Source: Bacteroidales bacterium UBA5548
GTDB lineage: Bacteria; Bacteroidota; Bacteroidia; Bacteroidales; UBA932
Length of the DNA: 64,000 nucleotides
Direction of reading: 5' to 3'
Assembly (NCBI GenBank): GCA_002425935.1
Contig: DINE01000027.1
Location: forward strand, 43,742 to 107,741
In this document: positions 40,520 to 49,272 of the stretch, piece after piece
How the letters are laid out: each line of letters starts with the position of its first letter
Position numbering within the stretch: position 1 is the stretch's first letter
The notes under the pieces: generated by a model
What the model was told of the DNA's origin: nothing
The model's database searches: none
Seen by the model: the letters and a program-made list of their open reading frames with translations, nothing else
Translations under genes and position numbers: made by a program

Positions 40520-40877
40520 ATCCTGACATAAGATTTGGATTCAAAAAGACGAACAGTAACCATTGTAAACGGTAAAGGACAAAAAGATCGTGTACTGCCA
40601 GTTAGTGAGAAGCTTATGAATATGATTATCAAGTATTATAAATTGTATAAACCGACTACTTATTTGATAGAGGGGCAGTTTAAAGGTAATAACTACAGCG
40701 AAGCGAGTCTTGAAGAAATTTTCTACAAATATTTGGGTAAAGTGTATAAAAATCATAATTTTACGCCACATTGTCTGAGACATAGCTACGCAACTCATCC
40801 TCACTTAAGAAATATACCCATGTTAGTATGGCCGGCTTGAAAAACATTAAAAGTCCACCGACGATTTTGATTTATAA
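40520..40877 (+). pseudogene. Truncated tyrosine recombinase (integrase) remnant
   Basis: DLDSKR...GKGQKDR...YLIEG...PHCLRHSYATH; after a deletion/frameshift, YTHVSMAGLKNIKSP (from 40813) and DDFDL-stop (40877); N-terminus and the LGH box are missing. Confidence 0.88.
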
Positions 40878-40944
40878 TAAAAATAAACCCCCACAAATGT
40901 TTGGTTAGCCAGCCATATTTCAGGAGCTAACCTTAACTTTTGTA

Positions 40945-40971
40945 CAGCTATAAACAAGTTGTGCGGCATGC
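40945..40971 (+). mobile_element. attI-like primary recombination site
   Basis: CAGCTATAAACAAGTTGTGCGGCATGC; GTT at 40958-40960; no hairpin arms; sequence after G matches the inverse core that ends cassette 1. Confidence 0.65.
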
Positions 40972-41004
40972 TAAAAAGACAGCAGACTACTAAATTGATA
41001 CGAT

Positions 41005-41328
41005 ATGAAAAAAATTAAAATTGGATTATTATTAGGCATTGTTGCTGGTATTATTGATGTAATTCCTATGATTTTGCAAAACCTGACATGGGATGCAAAT
41101 ATATCTGCATTTACTATGTGGGTAGTTGTCGGATTTCTAATTGCAACGATTGATTTAAATATCAATTCGATAATCAAAGGTATTTTGACCGCCTTCTTGG
41201 TTTTATTACCAACTGCAATTTTGATTGGTTGGAAAGAGCCTGTTTCATTGATACCAATAACCATAATGACAACAATTTTAGGTGGACTACTTGGATTTTC
41301 AATTAATAAAACTTTGACTAAAAAATGA
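41005..41328 (+). CDS. Small hypothetical membrane protein (cassette 1, gene a)
   Basis: 107 aa, four hydrophobic segments; overlaps the next gene by 4 bp. Confidence 0.8.
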   Translation: MKKIKIGLLLGIVAGIIDVIPMILQNLTWDANISAFTMWVVVGFLIATIDLNINSIIKGILTAFLVLLPTAILIGWKEPVSLIPITIMTTILGGLLGFSINKTLTKK

Positions 41329-41678
41329 GTACTTTCTCAGAGATTTGTATTTATGAGGTAAAGCCTGAAAAGGTAGATGAATTTGAAAAATTGATTGAAG
41401 AAGTCGCAGAACATCATAAATCCTTTGTAGGTGTGACTGATGTAAAATATATCAAAAGGACACATAGACAAAAGGACTTTAATTCGGTAAAAAATGGAGA
41501 ACCTGCAATCCGACTGACAAGAAAACCAGAAAGCGTGACTTATATTTTATACTGGGAACTTGAAAACGAATTGATTCATGCCGTAGCAACAAAATCTGGA
41601 TTAGAAAAATTTTACAAACAATTCAACCGATGTTTAACAACAATGCCGAAAATAATACTTGGAGAGAGGATAAAATAA
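41325..41678 (+). CDS. Hypothetical protein, possible dimeric alpha-beta barrel/ABM-like fold (cassette 1, gene b)
   Basis: YEVKPEKVDEFE N-terminus and ILYWE; stop codon abuts the attC-like site. Confidence 0.7.
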   Translation: MSTFSEICIYEVKPEKVDEFEKLIEEVAEHHKSFVGVTDVKYIKRTHRQKDFNSVKNGEPAIRLTRKPESVTYILYWELENELIHAVATKSGLEKFYKQFNRCLTTMPKIILGERIK

Positions 41679-41679
41679 A

Positions 41680-41825
41680 GCACGACCGCACAACAAAGTG
41701 TAAATGCCATAAGGGTTTCAGAGGTTTGCGAAGGTCAGAAGTCCGCTTTAACTTTTCGTGTAACTTGATAGGAAATCACCCGCAATCCCTTACGGCACTT
41801 ACACTCGACCGTTGGCAGCAAGTGT
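41680..41825 (+). mobile_element. attC-like site 1
   Basis: GCACGACCGCACAAC (41680-41694), arm AGTGTAAATGCCATAAGGG (41697-41715), arm CCCTTACGGCACTTACACT (41787-41805), CC-GTT core at 41811. Confidence 0.85.
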
Positions 41826-41887
41826 ATAAAGACACTCAATAAAAAAAATTAAATGATTGTAAAATATGAATAACAACTAATAAAAAT

Positions 41888-43384
41888 ATGAATATACAAA
41901 TTGAGGTTGCCTTATTAATTTTATCTATTCTATTCTTTTTGAGCATTCTGGCAGGAAAGGCTAGTTCAAGATATGGAGTTCCTGCATTATTGCTGTTTTT
42001 AGGTGTAGGGATCTTATTTGGTAGTGATGGACTTGGGATACAATTTGAGAATATTCAAGTTGCAAACGCCATTGGAACTGTCGCATTGTGCATTATTCTT
42101 TTCTCCGGTGGATTAGACACTAAGATTTCAGAAATTCGTCCCATACTGCCACAAGGAATTATTCTAGCAACCTCAGGCGTACTCTTAACAGCACTTGTCA
42201 CGGGAGTGGTGATTTGGTGGGTCTTGGGAATGACAATGGCCTCCGCTGGAATCAGTCTTTTAACTTCATTGCTGTTAGCCTCAACTATGGCATCAACCGA
42301 TTCAGCTTCAGTTTTTTCTATTCTTCGCGCAAAAAATCTGCATCTTAAAAATAACCTTCGACCCATGTTAGAGCTGGAAAGTGGAAGTAACGACCCCATG
42401 GCTTATATCCTTGTTATTACATTAATAGACTTGATTAAGTTAAGCAATGCTCCCAATTATTGGGTTGTTGGAGGCACATTAATATTACAACTTGGCATTG
42501 GTGCTTTGCTTGGTTTTGCATTAGGCAAATTGGCCGTAAGAATAATCAACCGCATTAAAATTGGAAATGACTCCTTGTATCCAATTCTAATCTTCACATT
42601 CTGTATATTTATTTTTTCCTTAACCTATTTTTCTAAGGGTAATGGATTCTTAGCCGTTTATATTGGAGGGTTGGTTATTGGGAACTCCAAGTTTGTACAC
42701 AAACGCTCATCCCTCGGTTTCTTCGATGGATTAGCATGGATGTCACAGTTGATTATGTTCCTCACCTTAGGACTTCTTGTAAATCCCCATGAATTAATAC
42801 CCATTATTATTCCCGGACTAATAATTAGTTTTTTAATGATTTTTGTTACTCGGCCATTTACTGTCTTTTTAAGTTTGCTTCCCTTTCGAAAAATGCCGTT
42901 TAAAGACAAAACATTTGTTTCCTGGGTTGGATTGAGGGGAGCTGTACCTATCATTTTCGCCATTTACCCACTTGTTGAGAATGTTCCTCACGCCAGGCTA
43001 ATATTCAATATCGTGTTCTTATGCACCTTAGTTTCATTGGTTGTGCAAGGCACATCGTTGCCTTTGGTTGCTCGGTGGCTTAATCTTGCTGAGGAACCAA
43101 CACAGATGAATAAGGTTAGAAATTTTGATGTGGATTTCTCAACCGACATAAAATCAGTCACAACAGAAATAGAAATTACCCCTAAAATATTAGAAAACGG
43201 AAATCAACTCATGCACCTGTCTTTACCTGACAATACATTGGTGGTTATGGTGAACCGCGACAATAATTATTTTGTGCCAACAGGGCAGACGATTTTAGAA
43301 GAAAAAGATAAAATTTTAATTATTACTGATAACCATGAAGCACTAATGGAAACCTATAAAAATTTAGGTGTCGAAAATGCATAA
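41888..43384 (+). CDS. K+/H+ antiporter NhaP2/CvrA family with TrkA-C domain (cassette 2)
   Basis: STDSASVFS, LELESGSNDP, WVGLRGAVPI, LVVQGT. Confidence 0.93.
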   Translation: MNIQIEVALLILSILFFLSILAGKASSRYGVPALLLFLGVGILFGSDGLGIQFENIQVANAIGTVALCIILFSGGLDTKISEIRPILPQGIILATSGVLLTALVTGVVIWWVLGMTMASAGISLLTSLLLASTMASTDSASVFSILRAKNLHLKNNLRPMLELESGSNDPMAYILVITLIDLIKLSNAPNYWVVGGTLILQLGIGALLGFALGKLAVRIINRIKIGNDSLYPILIFTFCIFIFSLTYFSKGNGFLAVYIGGLVIGNSKFVHKRSSLGFFDGLAWMSQLIMFLTLGLLVNPHELIPIIIPGLIISFLMIFVTRPFTVFLSLLPFRKMPFKDKTFVSWVGLRGAVPIIFAIYPLVENVPHARLIFNIVFLCTLVSLVVQGTSLPLVARWLNLAEEPTQMNKVRNFDVDFSTDIKSVTTEIEITPKILENGNQLMHLSLPDNTLVVMVNRDNNYFVPTGQTILEEKDKILIITDNHEALMETYKNLGVENA

Positions 43385-43393
43385 GAAGACAGA

Positions 43394-43540
43394 ACACCAG
43401 CTGCCAACAGCGGTTTGGCGTAATGGCGGGTGCAGCGCTTCGTATGACAGTTTAGTGGTAGGTTCAAGTGCAGTTCTTCGATTGAACTTTTGTGCTAAAA
43501 ATCCGCCACTACGCCAAGCCGCAAACCGTTATTCAGCATT
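43394..43540 (+). mobile_element. attC-like site 2
   Basis: ACACCAGCTGCCAAC (43394-43408), arm GCGGTTTGGCGTAATGGCGG (43410-43429), arm CCGCCACTACGCCAAGCCGC (43503-43522), CC-GTT core at 43528. Confidence 0.85.
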
Positions 43541-43554
43541 TAAATAACAATACA

Positions 43555-43851
43555 ATGAAAAAAGGTTTATTTCTAATCATATTCGGGATAATAGTTAAGA
43601 CATCAATATAATTTTATTACTGGATACCAGAAAGAAATTGAGATTTTTAAATACCAACTAAGATTAAAAACCTATCGTATACAAATTTTGAAACTGGAGT
43701 TGACAGTATTAAAGTTGTTTTTGGGAAGTTTACTCAGGGAAATACTAACAGTTATTGGATTTCATCATACTTGAATAATAACATGAGTTTATCCAAAACT
43801 CTTTCATTAACAAAAGACGATCTGACAAAACACAAAGGCAGATATTTAGAT
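43555..43851 (+). pseudogene. Decayed cassette gene with signal-peptide-like start
   Basis: MKKGLFLIIFGIIV start; in-frame stops at 43609, 43639 and 43648; frame runs on into the GNAT gene. Confidence 0.55.
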
Positions 43852-45555
43852 ATGGAAATTTTAAACATACAAACTTCACGACTGATAATTCGACACCTCG
43901 AATTGTCAGACTTATGTGACTTTCATTTTTATCGCTCAAACCCAGATGTTACAAAATATCAAGGTTTCGACGTCATGACAATTGAACAAGCCGAAGAATT
44001 TATTAAAATCAACTCAGCAAAACATTTTGGTAAAGCCGGTGAATGGGTGCAGTACGGAATTGAAAATATTGAGAAAAAACAACTTATTGGTGATTGTGCA
44101 ATCAAGCTTGACCAGTTCGACACAAGAATTGCATCAATTGGAATAACTATTTCGCACTTCGAACAAAATAAAGGCTTTGCAAAAGAAGCTTTACTTGGCA
44201 TATTGACTTTTTTATTTGACACAAAAAAATTACACAGAGTAGTTGAAATTGTTGATGAGGAGAATATTGCATCAATTAATCTGTTAAAAAGTGTAGGATT
44301 TAAACAGGAAGGACACTTTATTGAAAATATTTTTTTTAATGGGAAATGGGGAAATGAATTTCAATACGCAATGCTGAAACGAGAATGGGATGACAGAAAT
44401 ACAAAAAAGAATTATATGAAAAACCCGATAATTCCATTATACAAACAAACTGATAGATATATAGTCAGGTCAGAGAATTGTTACGTTTATGACTCTGACA
44501 ATAAGCGATATATTGATTTTGAGTCAGGCGATTGGTCATCAAGCCTAGGGCATTCTAATCCTATCATAAATGAACGGATTAAACAGCAAGTTGATAAACT
44601 GATACATGACGGATTAAGATTCAGGAATATTGAATCTGAGCAGTTATCGATAAAATTACTCGAAAAAATAGGATTAATCGGGGGACAGTGTGCTTATGTT
44701 AATTCAGGCTCAGAAGCCGTGAATCTAGGGCTTTCCATTGCTAAAAAGGTAACAGGCAGAAGCAAAATATTGAAAATGGATTGTTCCTATTTGTCGGCTT
44801 TTGGGCATGGTCAAATTTGCGATAAGAATACCGACTTGCTCAACATACCGATTGACAATATTGATGCTATATCGAATATCAATTTCGAAGAGATTGCAGC
44901 TTTTGCATTTGAGCCCGGCAACTCTTTTTGCATTATAAAGTATCCCAGTACCGACTTCATAGCTGCCATAGTTTCAGAGATTAAAAAGCATGGCGGACTA
45001 TTAATGGCGAATGAGGTTACTACAGGTTTTGGGAGAACAGGAAAATGGTTTGGATTTCAACATTATGACTATAAGCCAGATATTGTGTCTGTTGGGAAAG
45101 CGCTGGGTAACGGTTATCCAATAAGTGGAGTAGCTATTTCATCCAAAATTTCTGAATTATTCCAAAGATCGCCATTTAGATATGCACAATCACACCAGAA
45201 TGATGCTTTGGGTTGTGCCGTTGGATTAGAGGTTATTAGCGCTATTGAAAAATTGGACTTGATAAACAAAGGATTTGAAAAAGGAGAATATTTCAAACAA
45301 AGTTTACTACGGTTACAGACTAAGCATCCGGTTATTGTTGATTTAAGGGCGAGAGGTTTAATGATTGGTATTGAGCTTAAAACAAATGAGATTGCTGATT
45401 ATATTTATAACCAGCTAATCGAAAAAGGATTTTTAGTTGGACTTAAAGAGAAAACACTTAGATTTATGCCACCGTTGACAATAGAAAAAAGCCATATTGA
45501 CGAATTGATTGAAACGATTGACAAAATAATAACCAATACAAAACAACGTGTTTAA
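43852..45555 (+). CDS. RimJ/RimL GNAT acetyltransferase fused in frame to a class III PLP aminotransferase
   Basis: GNAT: TSRLIIR, NIASINLLKSVGFKQEG. Aminotransferase from ATG 44416: LGHS, NSGSEA, NEVTTGFGRTG, PDIVSVGKALGNG, LRFMPPL. Confidence 0.85.
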   Translation: MEILNIQTSRLIIRHLELSDLCDFHFYRSNPDVTKYQGFDVMTIEQAEEFIKINSAKHFGKAGEWVQYGIENIEKKQLIGDCAIKLDQFDTRIASIGITISHFEQNKGFAKEALLGILTFLFDTKKLHRVVEIVDEENIASINLLKSVGFKQEGHFIENIFFNGKWGNEFQYAMLKREWDDRNTKKNYMKNPIIPLYKQTDRYIVRSENCYVYDSDNKRYIDFESGDWSSSLGHSNPIINERIKQQVDKLIHDGLRFRNIESEQLSIKLLEKIGLIGGQCAYVNSGSEAVNLGLSIAKKVTGRSKILKMDCSYLSAFGHGQICDKNTDLLNIPIDNIDAISNINFEEIAAFAFEPGNSFCIIKYPSTDFIAAIVSEIKKHGGLLMANEVTTGFGRTGKWFGFQHYDYKPDIVSVGKALGNGYPISGVAISSKISELFQRSPFRYAQSHQNDALGCAVGLEVISAIEKLDLINKGFEKGEYFKQSLLRLQTKHPVIVDLRARGLMIGIELKTNEIADYIYNQLIEKGFLVGLKEKTLRFMPPLTIEKSHIDELIETIDKIITNTKQRV

Positions 45556-45562
45556 AGCAGCA

Positions 45563-45711
45563 GGGATTTGTCTTAATAGCGGGTTTAGCATTTCTTATGA
45601 TATTTTTGTGGCATGTTCATGTGTATTCGTTTGATAGATCTTTTGTAATTTGTCGAAAGTACTCTGCTCCCTCTCCCTATTAAAGCAAATTCCATAACCG
45701 TTATATGGCAC
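45563..45711 (+). mobile_element. Degenerate attC-like site 3
   Basis: Arms GGGATTTGTCTTAATAG (45563-45579) / CTATTAAAGCAAATTCC (45677-45693), then ATAACC-GTTATATGGCAC (GTT at 45700); inverse core eroded. Confidence 0.6.
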
Positions 45712-45771
45712 TTCAAGTGAAACACGATTTAGATGTTGGAAGTGAAGCAAAACCGAGAAAATAAAATAAGC

Positions 45772-46839
45772 ATGAAATTAGAAGATTTAGGATATAATCA
45801 AAAACTTGAAGAGCAGAGGATAGAACAGAAGCTGGAGAGCTTCGAGGTCGGAAGAGTTATTGCAGAGCACAAAGAGAGATATATAGTAAAGAGCGAAAAG
45901 GGTGAATTTGAAGCAGAGATTACAGGAAACCTCAGATTTGCAGCAAAAAGCCGGGAAGATTTTCCAGCTGTAGGCGATTGGGTTGTCATGATAATGTATG
46001 GTTCAGATTCCGCAATAATACATAGAATTTTACCAAGATTCTCAACAATTAAACGTCAAGCAGTCGGGCAATTTGGGGAGATTCAGATAATTGCAACAAA
46101 TATCGATTATGCATTTCTTATTCAGGCTGTTGACGGAGACTTCAATATTAACCGGCTTGAAAGGTATTTGACAATTTGCTATTCGTCAAAAGTAAGCCCA
46201 ATAATTGTGCTTTCTAAAACGGATTTAATACCGGAACAAAAAATTGATGATATAATAGGTAGCATTAAGCAACGTATAGAGGATATTCATGTTTTTGCTA
46301 TTAGTAATAAAACATCCGAAGGCTACGATGCCCTTAAAAAGATTATAGAAAAGGGTAAAACATATTGCATGCTTGGCTCTTCTGGTGTAGGAAAATCAAC
46401 CTTGATGAATAATCTGTCCGGTAGAAATGTAATGAAAACAGATCTGATTAGTCAAAGCACCGGTAAAGGACGACATATAACCAGCCACAGAGAGTTAATT
46501 GTCTTAGAGAGTGGCGGAATTCTTATTGACAATCCCGGCATGAGAGAGGTTGGAATTACAGATACAACAAGCGGGTTAGAAACAACTTTTGACAGAATTA
46601 TACGACTTTCGCTGAACTGTAAATTTAAGGATTGTACACATACGAGTGAAGTTGGTTGTTCTGTAATTGAGGCAGTCGAAAATGGTGAGATTGATAAAAG
46701 ATCCTATGAAAACTATCTGAAAATGGAGCGAGAAAAAGATCATTTTGAGTCAACAGTAGAGGAGCGTCGTAAGAAAGATAAAGAGTTTGGGAAAATGCTT
46801 AAGAATTACAAGAAGGACATGAGTAAAAACAGGCACTAA
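45772..46839 (+). CDS. rsgA: Ribosome small subunit-dependent GTPase A family protein
   Basis: PAVGDWV, RLERYL, SKTDL, GSSGVGKSTL, IDNPGMRE, CKFKDCTHTSEVGC zinc finger. Confidence 0.93.
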   Translation: MKLEDLGYNQKLEEQRIEQKLESFEVGRVIAEHKERYIVKSEKGEFEAEITGNLRFAAKSREDFPAVGDWVVMIMYGSDSAIIHRILPRFSTIKRQAVGQFGEIQIIATNIDYAFLIQAVDGDFNINRLERYLTICYSSKVSPIIVLSKTDLIPEQKIDDIIGSIKQRIEDIHVFAISNKTSEGYDALKKIIEKGKTYCMLGSSGVGKSTLMNNLSGRNVMKTDLISQSTGKGRHITSHRELIVLESGGILIDNPGMREVGITDTTSGLETTFDRIIRLSLNCKFKDCTHTSEVGCSVIEAVENGEIDKRSYENYLKMEREKDHFESTVEERRKKDKEFGKMLKNYKKDMSKNRH

Positions 46840-47033
46840 ACAGAACTCATACTTCCCCAGCACTTCTGAAAACTATAAATCGTGGTTTGGTACTCTATTT
46901 CTCACATTCAGCAAATTTTGTTTTTTATAATTGGTTTTTAGTTTTTTCTTCGTTCTCTTAACTAAGGAGCAAATTATAGCAAGATTGGATTTCTTGGCTT
47001 GTATTAAACGTCTAACAAATACACACTTTAAAT

Positions 47034-47666
47034 ATGATTAGGAAACTTATAATTATGACTATTTTGATATTAAATTCTTTATCAGGATAGGCTCAGAAAT
47101 CAGAAGAGACATTAGTAAGAAAGACATTTGACAACTATAAAGCATCTATTTTGAATGACAAAGGGAGTGATGCTGTTAAGTGTGTAGATAGCAGAACGAT
47201 ACGTTACTACTCTGAAATGCTTCATAAAACAAAAAATGCGGACTCATCTTCTGTAAACTCTTTAGGGTTAATGGATAAATTGATGGTCTTCTCAATTAGA
47301 CACAGAGCGACTACGAAAGATATTTTGTCATTTAATGGTAAAGATTTGCTAATTTTTGCTATAAAAGAGGGAATGGTTGGAAAGAATAGCGTTGCAAAAA
47401 ATATAGTCGGTGATATTGTAATTGATGGCAAATTTGCAAAGGGACAATTAATTGCAGATGGACAAAAAACACCATTTTATTTTCATTTTTATAAAGAAGA
47501 AGGGATTTGGAAAATTGATTTGACCTCTTTGCTTCCTATTGGTGAAGTTGCATTCCGAAACATGCAGCAATCGAGTGGGATGAGCGAAAATCAATACCTG
47601 TTTAAGCTTTTGGAGATGACAACGGGAAAGAAACCGGGCTCTGATATCTGGGCTAAAATTAAATAA
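47034..47666 (+). pseudogene. Exported hypothetical protein interrupted by an in-frame TAG at the end of the signal peptide
   Basis: MIRKLIIMTILILNSLSG*AQKSEETLV...; TAG at 47088-47090; same frame as ORF 47151-47666. Confidence 0.7.
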
Positions 47667-47798
47667 TATCATATTGATTAATTATGTGCTAAAAAATCAT
47701 ATATTCACCCGTGAAATTATAGGTTAATGTCAATTAATATAAATTAGAGATAGATATTAAATCATGGATACCAGTGAGAAAATTACCAGATTTAACTC

Positions 47799-49220
47799 AT
47801 GAAAATCTTACTAACGGGTGTAACCGGATATATAGCGCAAAGATTGTTGCCTGTTTTATTAGAAAACGGACACACAGTAATATGTTGTGTAAGAGACAGG
47901 AGTAGATTTAATACTAGAAAATACTCCACTGGGGAAATAACCGTGATTGAGGCGAATTTTTTAAACGAAGAGAGGTTACATCAAATTCCGGATGATATTG
48001 ACTTAGCCTATTATCTCATTCACTCCATGTCTACTCAAAGCGGAGACTTTGGTTCCATGGAAGAGGTTTGTGCTTTAAATTTTAAGAGACGAATAGAAGA
48101 GACAAACGCTAAACAGGTAATTTATCTTAGCGGAATTAGCAATGCTGTTGAATTGTCAAAACATTTGTCATCCAGGAAGAATGTTGAAACCATCCTAGCT
48201 AGCAACAAGTATGCACTAACCACCCTTAAAGCAGGAATCATTGTGGGCTCTGGAAGTGCATCGTTTGAAATTATTCGCGATTTGGTTGAAAAACTGCCAC
48301 TAATGATTGCTCCACGTTGGTTAAAAACTAAATCTCAACCTATATCTATTCGTAATGTAATTGAATTCTTAGTTGGTGTCATTGGTAAAACTGAAACATT
48401 CAGAAGAGAGTTTGATATTGGAGGCCCCGATATTCTAAGTTATAAAGAGATGTTGCTAAGGTTTGCAAAGGTACGTGGCTTAAAAAGGAGAATTCTGATT
48501 GTTCCTGTTATGACTCCAAGAATATCTTCATACTGGTTATATTTCATCACATCCACCTCTTATACCCTGGCCAAAAATTTAGTAAACAGTATGAAAGTAG
48601 AGGTAATTTGCAAGCCAAACGATCTATCCTCGACTCTTGGTATCAGACTCATCGATTATGACACATCTATACAACTTGCTTTTGACAAAATCGAACAAAA
48701 TCAAGTACTTTCAAGTTGGAAAGATGCACAAACAAGTTTAAAGCTTAAAGATGGAATATCTGCGCTGATTGAGGTGCCATCAAATGGATGTTATAAAGAT
48801 ATTCGTTCTGTAAAACTTAAAAACAGCTCTGCCTCACTCGAAAAGATATGGCAGATTGGCGGAAAAACAGGATGGTATTATGGAACGTTCCTTTGGGAAA
48901 TGAGAGGATTTATAGATCAGCTGTTTGGAGGAGTTGGTATGCGCAGAGGCAGAAAAAGTGAGACAGAACTAAATGCGGGAGATACTCTTGATTTTTGGAG
49001 GGTGATGATTGCAGATAAGGATGAAAAACGATTACTATTATACGCAGAAATGAAGCTCCCCGGTGAGGCATGGCTGGAATTCAAAATAGACAACAATGAT
49101 ACTCTTATCCAGACAGCTACCTTTCGACCGATAGGTTTATTAGGCAGATTATATTGGTTTTCGGTTTTGCCGTTTCACGGATTTATCTTTAGAGGGATGA
49201 TTAAAAAAATTGCTAGATAG
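47799..49220 (+). CDS. NAD(P)-binding SDR-like protein with DUF2867 domain (YbjT-like)
   Basis: LTGVTGYIA, YYLIHSM, GSGSASFE, LDFWRV, AEMKLPGEAWLEF. Confidence 0.88.
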   Translation: MKILLTGVTGYIAQRLLPVLLENGHTVICCVRDRSRFNTRKYSTGEITVIEANFLNEERLHQIPDDIDLAYYLIHSMSTQSGDFGSMEEVCALNFKRRIEETNAKQVIYLSGISNAVELSKHLSSRKNVETILASNKYALTTLKAGIIVGSGSASFEIIRDLVEKLPLMIAPRWLKTKSQPISIRNVIEFLVGVIGKTETFRREFDIGGPDILSYKEMLLRFAKVRGLKRRILIVPVMTPRISSYWLYFITSTSYTLAKNLVNSMKVEVICKPNDLSSTLGIRLIDYDTSIQLAFDKIEQNQVLSSWKDAQTSLKLKDGISALIEVPSNGCYKDIRSVKLKNSSASLEKIWQIGGKTGWYYGTFLWEMRGFIDQLFGGVGMRRGRKSETELNAGDTLDFWRVMIADKDEKRLLLYAEMKLPGEAWLEFKIDNNDTLIQTATFRPIGLLGRLYWFSVLPFHGFIFRGMIKKIAR

Positions 49221-49272
49221 GCTTAATGAAACTACTAAATTTTACACCATAAGTTAAACTAACCTAAAAAAC

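Noticed and set aside
40034-40575. ORFs 40034-40366, 40047-40454, 40155-40379 and 40318-40575
   Set aside because: They translate the tRNA and the palindromic repeats; no protein-like features.
41697-41805. Inter-gene hairpins as simple intrinsic terminators
   Set aside because: Loops are about 70 nt, there is no U tract, and the AAC/GTT ends match cassette-wise, which termination does not explain.
46840-47033. attC-like site after rsgA
   Set aside because: The expected inverse core (GCCATATAAC-like) and paired arms were not found; the sequence is too AT-rich to call.
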